This document shows positions 26,152 to 39,080 of a stretch of DNA of 56,495 bases, in pieces. The stretch lies in NCBI RefSeq assembly GCF_001194135.2, contig NC_068984.1, forward strand, positions 32,770,299 to 32,826,793, read 5' to 3'. Under the pieces are notes generated by a model. The model saw only the letters and a program-made list of their open reading frames with translations. It made no database searches and was not told where the DNA came from. The translations under genes and the position numbers were made by a program. The stretch's first letter is position 1. Each line of letters opens with the position of its first letter. The DNA is from Octopus bimaculoides (taxonomy: Eukaryota).

Positions 26152-28489
26152 GGCTTGATTCTATGAGTTCCATTTAATAGGTCCAGTAAAATAATTGCCT
26201 GTCAAGCGCACGGGTCGCTGAACATGTCTCCCCAATATATTCGTACAAAATTTATCAAGCAGTATTTTGTTGTTGTTGATGATATATCTTTAGTGTTGGT
26301 ACTATCAAATAATTTCTAATAAAGGACATTTGAGTTGTAGCTATCCCATCTTCTTGGTTGACACATAGTCTACACCGAATGACACTATTTAGTACTAGCA
26401 TTGTTTGTAAGATGATACACCGTGATTTGAAAGAGATTAGGTCGTACAGCTATGCTGAACTTACCTCTTTATTTTGGGAAATCGATAATGGTAGAAATCG
26501 ATATTTTTGTACTTTAATTAGTTGTCAATTTATGCTTAAAGTTTATGAAGTGTCTACGAAACAATCACTATTTCTTTTAGAATTTGTGAATGAAACGCTA
26601 TGTGTATTAAGAGGAAATATCTGGAACAGCATGTTTTCTAGTGAGGCACAGTGCTGCCGCATATACATACCAAAATAGAGATTAAGTTATAAAAAAATAT
26701 AACAAAAACCCTACTATGAATATATACATACCTCCCTTCACAACCATATATTCTAAATCTCATAATAAATTTAGAGCCATGCCCTTTAGGAAGCTGACTG
26801 CATAATGCTTTCACTAAAGATGTTTACGTAATAAGCAAGCTATTTTCTTTACTTAGAAAGTGCATCCATTGAATTTCAATTAGAGATTTGCGTATATTCA
26901 TAATAACAATGTTACGTCTACTCCTTTGCGTTGTTTCTCTTCTTTTTATTTACTATTCTTACTGTTTATATGTATGCGTATACGAATACCTCAGATATAC
27001 ATTTGGTACATGCTTTCTTCTCAGCACACATGTAAATTATACATACACTGAGATAAATACATAAATACATGCACTTCAACATCACACACACATACACACC
27101 TGTGTGAGTATGTGTGAGGAAAGACTCGTGTAACTATGCTTGAATGTGCGTTTGCGTGTATAGCGATATATATTTGTTCCATACACATATGCAAATCTGT
27201 TTAAAGACTTAAAGAGATCGAGAGGTATTAAGTAAAATGCAAGACATCAGGCACACCACTCTGTGTGAAATATTGTTTTCAGATCATTAAACCAAATGTC
27301 TGCTCAAGATGTCCACTTTTCTCTTTAACTCACTTTCTTGAATCAGAATCGCACGTATTATCATCTGACAAGACCAGCTGTTCAATGCAACCTTTGAGAA
27401 GTCTTGCTGAGTAATGCATTTCGATAAAAACTACCTAATTCAAGCGCCATTTTGTTTTAAAACGAAAATGGATATTTTCACGCACCAGCGTATAAAACAG
27501 GCATTTATAGTAACTCATTAATACCATATGTTCACCATACAAGTATCCATTGAGCGTCTGTTGAATGCGAAAAAAGGTTAGTCGATTTACTGTTATTGCT
27601 ATATAAGCTATGAAAGAAAATTAACAAAATCTATATCTATCAAAGACTGACTTAAGAATATTTAAGTAAATGAATAAAGTAAATAACTGAATTGAAGAGC
27701 AAGAAGAAGAAAAACGGCTTCCCTGTCACGAATAATAATAATCTTAATATTATGAATGGTAAATAAACAGAAGTAATACAATCAAATACAACAGCAACAT
27801 ACAATATGATAAAAACTTATATCTTAAACGTCTTTGATCGGTGGTGGTTGAGGTTGTTATTGTTGCCGATCCAGTTGTTGTTGTTGTTGTTGCTGCTGCT
27901 GCTGTTGTTTTTGTTGTTATTAATATTGTTTTGTAGCTGAGATAATTCATAATCGAGATTTATGATCGAATACGTTCTACTCGTGTTTACCCCCAATCTT
28001 TTTCTTCGCTAAGTGGCTTACACAATACAATGTGACCATCCGTTTTCTTCTTTTTCTTTAAAGACAATAGTTCTACCTTGGTTCTGACGATGCAGCATTT
28101 ATACTTCATGTTGAAAAGACGGTCGAGAGTCAGTCTTTCTCAAGTACTGAGATAGCGAAAACTTTTCTAAGACCTTCTTCTAGTCTGCAGTCTAGATTTT
28201 CCTCTAGTCTAGCTTTCTATATCACTAGTTACTATACTTTACCAATTCCATTTTAATCGCTCTTTTCAAAGCATACCATCATTTGATGTTATCGATTGTA
28301 CCCACCGATTTATGCTTTCTTAATTCCCTAAACCGAAATCTGTAAGCACAGCGCTGCGAGTCACTCGCCCAGCTTCCACTAATCAATACCTGCCTTTTAA
28401 ACCTATCTATGTCTAGTATACAGATCACAACTATCAACTAAACTGTAGTAGGAAATGCCTGAGTTGGCTTGAGTGCCTTTTGTACCCTC

Positions 28490-29900
28490 CTCTAGAAGAG
28501 GCATTTTTTAAGGCGAACGGTGAACCGGATACGGGAATGCACTTTGCCGCCTACCACCTGCCGCAGTTCTCGGATAAGGATACATAGTTTATCGGAAAGC
28601 TGACAGAAGCTGAAGAGATGTGGGAAGCGATGGCTGGCTGCGCGAGGAAGTTTCCGGGGCTGAAGGATCTGATTTAGGAGCTTTATCTTCACATGCCAAA
28701 CTTGTTCGAAGACCTATTGTTAAAAGAATGGGAGAACTCCCAATCTTGCGAAAAGAGATGTGCTAGAAAGCAGATATGACCCGACCAAGTGGGATGATTT
28801 TAACAACTTCATGTTAGTGACTTTTCTAAATGCAGAGTTAAAGATTTTGTCCAAGAAGTTCGCACTTGTCGTCGATACAATTATTGTTGAGGCACAGGCA
28901 TGTGCTATACCAAACAGATCTATCCACGATAAACTTTACCTCATATGGTACATAAAAATGTTTGGCCAGAATACAAACCTCGCATGGGTTAGTCCGTAAT
29001 CAATTTAGACACTTGAAAACTTATAATAACGTCGACAAATGATGACTTTAAGCAGAACGGCTGCTTTCGACCCATCTTTAGAAGATGGATCGCTGCAATG
29101 TACAGTGATATTTTCTCGGTGGTTAGAGTAAATGAACACCTGTCGAATACGCTTAGTATCATGCTTTTTCTCAGTCAATGAAGCTCAGTCTCTCTCCTTC
29201 TGTACCTGCTGACCCTTGAACCAATGCAGCAGAAGTTGGAGATTCAAAGGACATCCTTCGTGAAGTAGGAAGCGTAAGGTCTGCGTTTGCATACCATATG
29301 CAGACGGACGGCGAAACCATTACAGTGTCGAATACCAAGCACACTGAGATGATTGCACTACTCGAAGGGAATATGAGGCGATGACAGAACCAAAGCTTAA
29401 CCAGGAAAAGTTGCTGGGCCTGCAGCTCGCTACCTAGAGAGGCAGATCCATGCCATCCAATAGTATTATAGGGACACTGAACAGACAGGTTAAAGCAGTA
29501 GTGATTAGGCTTGGTCCATAATTCGAGGTGGACAAGAAATGAGGGAAAGGTGTCTAACAGAGTGGTTAGTTTCACTTATAAATTGTTTGAGAGATAACTA
29601 TTTCTGAGATGGAGATGATGAATGATTTCATACCTTCCATCATAAATTACCGACAAGCCGTCGTACCTTTCCCTGCTTTATGTTTGACAAGACTGGAGCG
29701 CATACTCTTCCGACTTCTAGAAAGTGCATGTATTCCACTGGAGAGTCGGATCATTTGCTCTCCACATCCGTTTTGTGGAAAACTGGATGTGCCGTAACAA
29801 AAGACGCGTTGGCAAGCACTGAGGTTGCAACATCTCCGGCGTTTCCCTAACAGTAAGCAAGTATACCATCGCTTGTCCCTTTGACCGAGGTTAGACACTT
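28490..29900 (+). mobile_element. L1-clade (Tx1-like) ORF2 reverse transcriptase remnant
   Basis: Ordered, frameshifted RT motifs: EEMWEAMAGCARKFPGL (cf. KSPGLDG), NFMLVTFLNAELKILSK (cf. NFRPITLLN.D.KILAK), AQACAIPNRSIHD, SLLLYLLTLEPM (cf. SPLLY.LALEP), YADG (cf. YADD). Confidence 0.85.
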
Positions 29901-30473
29901 TAAACATACAGTGCTGTCAGACGCTCACAGCTGTCTGTCACTCAGGCAATGCGATTATTGTTTGTTCTGCCAGAACTTTCTAAACATGATTAGTGATAGA
30001 TAAGAGTGGCGAAGTTCTCAAGGAAACTATTGGTTGTAATGAAAGGATTGAAGACAGGTATTTCCTTTTTCAGTCAACTCCTTGTTAACTTTTCCAAGTT
30101 TCAGCTGGAGAGGAGCATAGAAGTGAAAAGGAAGATGCTACAGTAAACTTGTAAATACGTGAGGGAATAGAGAAATAATTGCTTGAGTGAATGAACCTAG
30201 TCTAAATATGTTACTGTATGTTGAAAATATGGATCTGAAAGGAACATTTACTATGGTACTCTTGGTGAACAGGTGACTAGATCTGTAAATTTTCTTGGGC
30301 AACCCTGGGTGATGTTTACCCTTTATTTGTTATAATTCCCTTGTTAGTTTTTATTTTTCTTCTTTTTATTGTTTTCAACGATTTCTTTATGTAAATTCCA
30401 TCTTTCATTGTAACTGTCATTGTCTTTGTCATAGCCTAAATTTTTAACGTCTTTTCCAGCCCATCAAGAAATT

Positions 30474-30596
30474 CTTCTTCTTCTTCTTCTTCTTCTTCTT
30501 CTTCTTCTTCTTCTTCTTCTTCTTCTTCTTCTTCTTCTTCTTCTTCTTCTTCTTCTTCTTCTTTATCTTCTTTATCTTCTTCTTCTTCCTCTCCTT
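30474..30596. repeat. (TTC)n microsatellite abutting a gap
   Basis: Directly visible. Confidence 0.95.
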
Positions 30597-31219
30597 NNNN
30601 NNNNNNNNNNNNNNNNNNNNNNNNNNNNNNNNNNNNNNNNNNNNNNNNNNNNNNNNNNNNNNNNNNNNNNNNNNNNNNNNNNNNNNNNNNNNNNNNNNNN
30701 NNNNNNNNNNNNNNNNNNNNNNNNNNNNNNNNNNNNNNNNNNNNNNNNNNNNNNNNNNNNNNNNNNNNNNNNNNNNNNNNNNNNNNNNNNNNNNNNNNNN
30801 NNNNNNNNNNNNNNNNNNNNNNNNNNNNNNNNNNNNNNNNNNNNNNNNNNNNNNNNNNNNNNNNNNNNNNNNNNNNNNNNNNNNNNNNNNNNNNNNNNNN
30901 NNNNNNNNNNNNNNNNNNNNNNNNNNNNNNNNNNNNNNNNNNNNNNNNNNNNNNNNNNNNNNNNNNNNNNNNNNNNNNNNNNNNNNNNNNNNNNNNNNNN
31001 NNNNNNNNNNNNNNNNNNNNNNNNNNNNNNNNNNNNNNNNNNNNNNNNNNNNNNNNNNNNNNNNNNNNNNNNNNNNNNNNNNNNNNNNNNNNNNNNNNNN
31101 NNNNNNNNNNNNNNNNNNNNNNNNNNNNNNNNNNNNNNNNNNNNNNNNNNNNNNNNNNNNNNNNNNNNNNNNNNNNNNNNNNNNNNNNNNNNNNNNNNNN
31201 NNNNNNNNNNNNNNNNNNN

Positions 31220-31249
<30 letters not shown>

Positions 31250-31255
<6 letters not shown>

Positions 31256-31326
31256 TTCAGTTTCCGTCTTCCAAATCCACTCACAAGATCTTGGTACGCC
31301 CAGGATCATAATAAAATACACTTGTG
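31250..31326 (-). mobile_element. Partial family A SINE
   Basis: CAGTTTCCGTCTTCCAAATCCACTCACAAG...CACTTG is the reverse complement of the family A body. Confidence 0.7.
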
Positions 31327-32597
31327 TTGGTGAGACTCAGCTTAGAAACATGTGAACAGGAAGTAATCTTCATACCATACAGTCACGCTAAATTCCTCAC
31401 CCTTGCTTGTGTAAAATGCTTGTGTCATTCAATATTCCTCTCATACTTTTTTCTGTTTCTATTTGTGTGACATTTCTGCTCGCTAGCTATTAAAATGCAA
31501 GGTAACTCACCATTCTTATCGTTTTTTTTCTTCAAGGAGTTCTTTGTTCGCTACCAATGCCACTGATCCAGAGGGCCTCTAGTTAAGATTTTGATATTCC
31601 TTACAAGTTTGTGATATCCGCCCCATCACTTTTAGAGGGACATGACTGTTAAATTTTAAATCTTCCTTTTCCAGAGTGTGCTATAGACAAACTTAACAAA
31701 TAAGATTCCACTTTCGGAAAAGTAGTACTAAATTACGCAACAGATAATGCTGACGACCACCTAATTTACGATAGTAGTAGTAGTAGCAGCAGTAGTAGTA
31801 ACAGTGTCAAGAGCGATGAAATCTATGAAGATGATGATGGTGATGAGGATGACGACGCCAACGACAGCAGCAGCAGCGCTGAGGATGAGAGCGACAAGAT
31901 CATGTTAATATTAATAATATATAAATAAAATCTGAAGTGACGTGAATTTTGCTTAATTGCAACCACAGTCAGTGATATGAAATAATTGCAAAAATTTTGA
32001 ATGCAAGTGCTTGTTAAATTCAATTAAGAAAGTGTTTTCTGTCAGATAGAGTAGTGATGCTTAACAAACGACAATGTTTAAAAGAAAATACAATTGATGA
32101 AAAGAACTAATAAAATTTCGATGATAGTGTACAAATAAAAGCGAAAGGAAATATTTTCAAATGCAAAGTAGAATTTTATTTATATTTCTTTAAAAGAGAA
32201 AACAACAAAATAATGACTACAGTCGATTACTTAAATCTAATTAAACATCGTTGACTTTGTTTACTCGTAATTTATTAGCAAATGTAAATCAAACACTGAT
32301 TACCAATCGCTGTTTACAAATGAACACACCATATAAATTTGAATGTCTGTGTATGCTGTGTACACCATGTCTCTCTATAATGTGACAAATTAATCAAAAA
32401 CAAACGAAAAACGAGGAATAAGAAAAAAAAAATGGTTAAAATTTTCTTTAACTAAGAACATGCTGGAAAGCAACAGTCCTAAAGCTATGACATCTTTCAG
32501 CTAATAAATGAGGGAGTATGAGAGATGACAGAGCAGATGTCTTGATACTTACATCTATATATAATACATATATACATATATACGTACATACAAATAT

Positions 32598-32900
32598 GTC
32601 CAGCGGATGTTAACGAAGCTGAAGATCAGTGAAAAAGAGAACTACTACGTTGAACTATTGAGAAATCTGCAGTTATTCTATCCATATTACAAGTTCAGGT
32701 TTATACCTGTAATTTTGGGGGCACTGAGATGTGTAACGCACTGCATAAATACCAACCTTGTGAAATTAGGCTTCTCAAAACCAGAAAGGAGAAAGCTGAT
32801 TCTATGACTACAAACGCAATCCATCACTGGAAATGTAAAAACCTGTTAAACTTTCCATAAGTTCATCATTTAAGTATACAAGAACATGTCTAGATATGTA
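32598..32900 (+). mobile_element. R4/NeSL-like (restriction-like endonuclease) non-LTR retrotransposon 3' remnant
   Basis: KISEKENYYVELLRNLQLFYPYYKFRFIPVILGAL resembles the RLE C-terminal 'K..KY..L...PVVIGALG' motif, followed by QSITG. Adjacent to a (CATA)n tract at ~32950-33000. Confidence 0.65.
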
Positions 32901-34455
32901 AGTATATGCATGAGAACACGTACGTAAAACAAAACATATAAATCTACACATACATACGTACATACATACATACATACATACATACATACATACATACATA
33001 AGGTTAGTTTCCCGGAATTTGAGGGGTATATATTTCCCTATTGGACCGTCGCCAGATTACTTATTATANNNNNNNNNNNNNNNNNNNNNNNNNNNNNNNN
33101 NNNNNNNNNNNNNNNNNNNNNNNNNNNNNNNNNNNNNNNNNNNNNNNNNNNNNNNNNNNNNNNNNNNNNNNNNNNNNNNNNNNNNNNNNNNNNNNNNNNN
33201 NNNNNNNNNNNNNNNNNNNNNNNNNNNNNNNNNNNNNNNNNNNNNNNNNNNNNNNNNNNNNNNNNNNNNNNNNNNNNNNNNNNNNNNNNNNNNNNNNNNN
33301 NNNNNNNNNNNNNNNNNNNNNNNAATACACATTTACTTGCGCACATAAGTATTCGTTTAAAAATAGACATAGTGAATTACGGAGAAAAAGTGAGTGTAAA
33401 TTTAACGAGCTCTTGACCGATTAAACACGATGTGTGTGGCAATGTGCTTGCTGTCCGGTTCTGTTCATTAAACCACAGTTGACTGATTGTTTTCGCTAAC
33501 AAATGGAGAACATGGACGCATGAAAAATGAAGAATGATTGTGTTCTGATAGGAAAGCAAACAAGACACTTTCCAGAATTAAGAATATGATGTAATTTATC
33601 TTTATTGTGATGCAGAATTGTTGATGAAGTTATTGGTTATCGTTATTACGATAATGCTGATGAATATGAATATTATTATTGTCATCACCATCATCATCAT
33701 CGTCGTCATCGTCGTCATCATCATCATCATCAACATCGCCATCACCAACACCAAAACCATCATTGTCATCGTCATCATTTTAACCTTCGAATAACCACAA
33801 CACTTATTTATTTGGGTGATATGAAAATTAATCAATAAAACTATGACCAATCTATGCAACAGATATTCAAATCATTCAAAAGGAGGCAAAATGTTTAGAC
33901 TGAATACTATGAGTTATATATATATATATACACGCGTATACACACACGCACACATATATACACATATATATATGTGCTTATGTCTATGCACACAGAAACA
34001 ATCAGTCACACACATTTTTGAATTTTCTTATATTTCACCTCACATTTAAATTTCATCTAACTTAACTCGACATACGGAAAAGCATTTAAGCAAACGCTTA
34101 CATAATATTGTGCAAAAAGATATGTCGTTCATTAAGGTCTTGCGTATAAGTAAGAGACTAAGAGTTTCATGCACACACGCTAATAGAAACACAGGAAAAT
34201 TGGTTCGCTCATATATATAACACGTTCAAATCGACAATTGAAACATACATTTACACATACACAGACACACACACACACACACACATGTGTGTGTGTGTGC
34301 TCCAGGGAATACCTATCTAGATATGTTATCCGCGTATACAGACATATATCTATCTACATATATACAGGCATCCTCACATACAAAAATAGTCATATAGCAC
34401 TCACTGCCAAAGCGAATGGAAAATATATCGAAGATAGTCTTGGTAAAGTAGGTGG

Positions 34456-34496
<41 letters not shown>

Positions 34497-35047
34497 NNNN
34501 NNNNNNNNNNNNNNNNNNNNNNNNNNNNNNNNNNNNNNNNNNNNNNNNNNNNNNNNNNNNNNNNNNNNNNNNNNNNNNNNNNNNNNNNNNNNNNNNNNNN
34601 NNNNNNNNNNNNNNNNNNNNNNNNNNNNNNNNNNNNNNNNNNNNNNNNNNNNNNNNNNNNNNNNNNNNNNNNNNNNNNNNNNNNNNNNNNNNNNNNNNNN
34701 NNNNNNNNNNNNNNNNNNNNNNNNNNNNNNNNNNNNNNNNNNNNNNNNNNNNNNNNNNNNNNNNNNNNNNNNNNNNNNNNNNNNNNNNNNNNNNNNNNNN
34801 NNNNNNNNNNNNNNNNNNNNNNNNNNNNNNNNNNNNNNNNNNNNNNNNNNNNNNNNNNNNNNNNNNNNNNNNNNNNNNNNNNNNNNNNNNNNTATATATA
34901 TTTATGGTATCGTAAAATGCTCAGAATTGATCGGAAAAAATAATTCCGTAATCAAGATCGAAGCCACATAACACTGTAAGCACTACAACAGTGACAACAC
35001 AAAAATCATACACACACAAAGGCACATCCTTACAAACACACAGTCCG

Positions 35048-35087
<40 letters not shown>

Positions 35088-35439
35088 ACACGCACGCACA
35101 ACACTCTCATGCACATATACCTGCATGCGTGCATAAACATAAACGCATACATGAGAAGAATTCTAGTTATCTTTTATGACAGAACATGGGGAAAGAAAAA
35201 CAGAAATAATGAGAAGCATATGCAGTCCAAAGAATTTGGGCGGGGTTGGGGGAAATTCTGTGAATGAGGATGCCGCAGTTAGCAAATGATATGTTTATTA
35301 TGAAAATATTCATGGGGCAAGATAAACCTGGCAAAGATTATCATTATCCGCCATGTTGTTGGTTTTGCTGTTGTGGTCATTATTGTTTCTGCCATCATGA
35401 TCATGACTATGATTATGATCATCATGAACATCGTCGTCA

Positions 35440-35460
35440 TTGTTGTTGTTGTTGTTGTTG

Positions 35461-35525
<65 letters not shown>
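35440..35525. repeat. (GTT)n(ATT)n compound microsatellite
   Basis: Directly visible. Confidence 0.95.
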
Positions 35526-35528
<3 letters not shown>

Positions 35529-35780
35529 TTTTCATATTTTCTATTGTTCATGATATAACTGTATCACACAGTAATGTATGAAAGATCTATTACATCGAAG
35601 GAGCAAAGAGAAAAATGTTGAGTATGGCAGTTAAAATAACAAAGACACAGTGAATGAAGAAAGAACAAATAAGAAAAACTGGATGAAACAGTTTCAAATA
35701 TGAATTTAGCAATTATTATATCAATCAATGCGTTTGTGTATATAAAAACTTAAGGACAAAAATATTGATACATTTATAGG

Positions 35781-35817
<37 letters not shown>

Positions 35818-36204
35818 NNNNNNNNNNNNNNNNNNNNNNNNNNNNNNNNNNNGTCAAAGGACTTCGGCCACTTTAAACGATTGGAAATTTCTACTAATTG
35901 CTAAGTTATAAGTGGATGTTTCGCATTGCGTTCTTTACAGACGAAACATCGGCCCTGATGGAGTCATTCTATACCTAATTATCATATTTTGTAGTAGGGT
36001 TTCTGAATGAAAGGGGAAGATGCGAGACGTCTACCAAAAATGGCCGTGCAAAAATGTTTGACCATCTCACATAAATCAATGAAGATACAAAGTTTTAAAA
36101 CAGAAAATTCTCTATAATGAAAATTTATAACATAACGTTCATTTCAAAAAGTTACCGTACATTGTTGATATTTCGTGTGGCTTCTCTTCGCTTGAATAAT
36201 TGCT

Positions 36205-36705
36205 TCAATGTGCCTGGGAAGAGATGCATACAAATTCTTCACAACTATGAGATGCCATTCTCTGTGACTTTCTAATAAGCGAGAATTTGTCAGAAGGCCT
36301 GCAGGAAAGCAGAACGACTCCCGTTACACGACGAAGACAGTGAAGTTTGGGGGGTAAGAGTCCAATGCTTTGGGTGATGCTTTGGAGATACATAAAAAGT
36401 GGTGGTTCAAGAAATTTGGTTAAAATTGACGGTGATTTGAATAGTGCTACATACATCCAGTTGCTGAAAGACAATTTGATACCAGACTTGGATGAAGATG
36501 AACATTTTCAGCATGACGGAGGTCTATGCCTCAGATCGCATGCAACACAACAGAGTCTGGCTGATATAGGTGTTAGCATATTGAAATATTGGCCAGTTCA
36601 GAGCCCTGACTTAAATATCATCAAGCAAATGTGGACAGAACTAAAGAGAAGAGTTCGTTCGTCAGAAGAATCCACGCAATCTTGAAGAGTTGTGGGGGCT
36701 CAACC
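36205..36705 (+). mobile_element. Tc1-type (DD34E) transposase remnant
   Basis: FVRRPAGK...YTTKTVKFGG, then YIQLLKDNL...FQHDG...WPVQSPDLNIIKQMWTELKRRV (cf. WPSQSPDLNPIENLW; catalytic E reads K here), then NLEELW. Confidence 0.9.
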
Positions 36706-36719
36706 ACAGAGAATGACTT

Positions 36720-38900
36720 TTCATACCTGTGAAGATAGTGAAGATTATTTGTTGTTGTTCTTGCAGATGTATCTGCTGCTGTTGTTGTTCATTCATACCT
36801 GTGAAGATAGCAAATTATGAAAGACTGATTTTACTTTCCTTACAAACATCAACTCCACTGATTACCTACCAGCTGGTGTATTCGTATTTGGTATCACACG
36901 GTACATTCTTAAAAATTGTTGTAGAGCTACATCATCCGTGACTTCCTTAATCGATGTGTTAAGGGCTCTCTTGAAGATGTCGACAAAGCGTTCTGTCTGT
37001 CAATTAGGTCTGGGATAGTATGGTACCGTAGTTATATGTTCTACCGCGAAAATTCCACAAAAGTTTTTTTTTTTAATTCTCTAGACACATATTGCGTTCC
37101 ATTATCAGACACTATCTTTTCTGGGATGTCAAATCTTGCAATCAGTTCGTGTAAAAAGAAATATCACAGTTGCAGAGGTTGATTTTTTACACTTACACAT
37201 TCCAGGTCATTTCGAGAAACTGTCAACTTTCATTAAGTAGTAAGAACCATTTAAAGGACCCGCTACATCAATGTGTAGTCTCGACCACGGAACTTCTACT
37301 TTTTCTCAAGGTTTACCTTTTATCTTGGGAAATTTTTCGAGAACGTTACATTTCGATTTGATTTTAAAATAAGTTCCCCTTGTTTTACTGCTTTCTTTTT
37401 TTGTTTCTGTCTATCAGCCGCATTTGTTACTCCGACTAAGGCGACTTTATTTCAACGTAAAAGACTTATGGGAATATTCCATACTTTGACTAGTTCGATC
37501 AACTCTGGGCCGAATAAATTACGTGAATTTTTTAACACATAAATCTTCGCCTTTTTCGTTTGACATCGAAATGTGACGTTACATACAAATTCACCGAGAA
37601 AATATAATCTTTTCCCCGTAACACCATGTGCTACCTTTTTAGATTTAATTAATTTCGGCTTACCGATATATATTTCCAAGTTTTTTCGTTTATAATGGTG
37701 ATATCACTACCAGTATCCAACTGCATTTGAACACTTGTATTTCTGATTTTTTACCTTTACGAAATTCCTCATCGGTATGTTATCAATTTCTTCCGATGAC
37801 ATACTATTTATTCTTTTTCCTTTGTTCTGACGTTTTATCATCTTCGTTCTACAGTGCGTCTTTATATGTCCTATATTTCCACAATGAAAGTACTCCGCTT
37901 TTTTAAATGGGTGTATACCTTCACGTGTAAAACATGGGTTTATTTCCTGATTTTTGTCGTGTTTACTTTTTTTTCATTTAAATAATTTTTTTTTTAGAAA
38001 ACCCTGTATCTCAGTTCTGACTATTTCGCACATGGTTTGCTTGGAAAAAATCTTTATGTTCAATTTCCTTTGTGTCGTGTCTTAATTTGACTATCCTGTC
38101 ATATTCTTCTGACATTTGCAGTAGATTTACATCCTGCTTTTAATTCAGCTTTGCGAGAATTCTGCGTCCTTTTCGGCAGGAAATCCCTGTGTAAAAATGA
38201 GACATTTGAACATATCTGGCGTTAATTCATCCAGCTTAAACTTCTCGCATTCCCTGTTTACTCTACCAGCGTATGTGATGTAGTCCTCGTCGTTGTTTTT
38301 CTACATGTTCAGACACTTTCAACGTGTGTTGAACAATGAGCTTCTTTCGCTGAAAATTTTACACAATATATCTATTATGTCATTAAAGTTTATGTCCGAA
38401 GGTTTACATGTCAGTACATAATTACTGGTAGCGTTCATGCTCTGTTGCCGCCAGTTTTCTCAAAATTAAGCGCGTTTTCATCTCATCATCCCAATCTTTA
38501 CATTCTTTCTCGACGATTTGCTCATATCTTCTGTAGTATGCTTCGCAGTTAACTCTTTCGTCAGGTTCGTATCTGAACTCTGTTAGTTCGCAACGTAGTC
38601 TGTCGAGAACACGTTTTCTGACTTTCCTGACGACTTCCGTATTTGCCGCATTTGTTGCTGTAATATTATTTGTTCTTGTAGTTGTTTCTGTTGTTGCTCT
38701 TACATATGTATCTGCTGCTGTTGTTGTTCTTTAAGCTGCTGTTGTTGATGTTTTTGCAACTCGAGCAAACCAGCCAACAAATTTCCGTAATTTTACGATT
38801 CTTTTTCGTAAAATTTGCACAGCAAAACCTTTTGTGATCTTGTTAAAACCTCGTGAGATGTTAATTTCTCGTGAGTTGTTTAAACCCTCGACGCCATTGT
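36720..38900 (-). mobile_element. Ty3/gypsy LTR retrotransposon internal region: gag, protease, integrase; RT/RNaseH absent
   Basis: PBS-like TGGCGTCGAGG (38886-38896) after ...TAACA. Gag YRRYEQIVEKECKDWDDEMKTRLILRKL and knuckle FHCGNIGHIKTHC; protease QLDTGSDITII; integrase VPWSRLHIDVAGP...IVSDNGTQY...TERFVDIFKRAL. Stops and frameshifts throughout. Confidence 0.92.
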
Positions 38901-39080
38901 TATAATATTTTATTATGTTCGATTATTATAACGCCTCTTCGGTATACCGTATACTTAGTAAAACCAATAAAGTGGCAAAGAAATTATGTATCACTCAACG
39001 TCTAATATAATTACTATAATATGAACAAGGTGACAGGGTCAGAGACTTATTTGACAATTCTTGTATCTTTAAAACAATGT
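38898..39080 (-). mobile_element. Putative 5' LTR of the gypsy element (outer boundary uncertain)
   Basis: Ends AATAAAATATTATAACA one base before the PBS-like sequence; no second LTR is visible for confirmation. Confidence 0.45.

Noticed and set aside
26358-26678. ORF containing MIHRDLK, like a kinase catalytic loop
   Set aside because: Lacks the downstream xxN, DFG and other motifs, and has no convincing splice sites; likely chance.
28080-28400. Possible minus-strand RTE 3' end remnant
   Set aside because: Only a faint RGKSR-like resemblance; too degraded to support a call.
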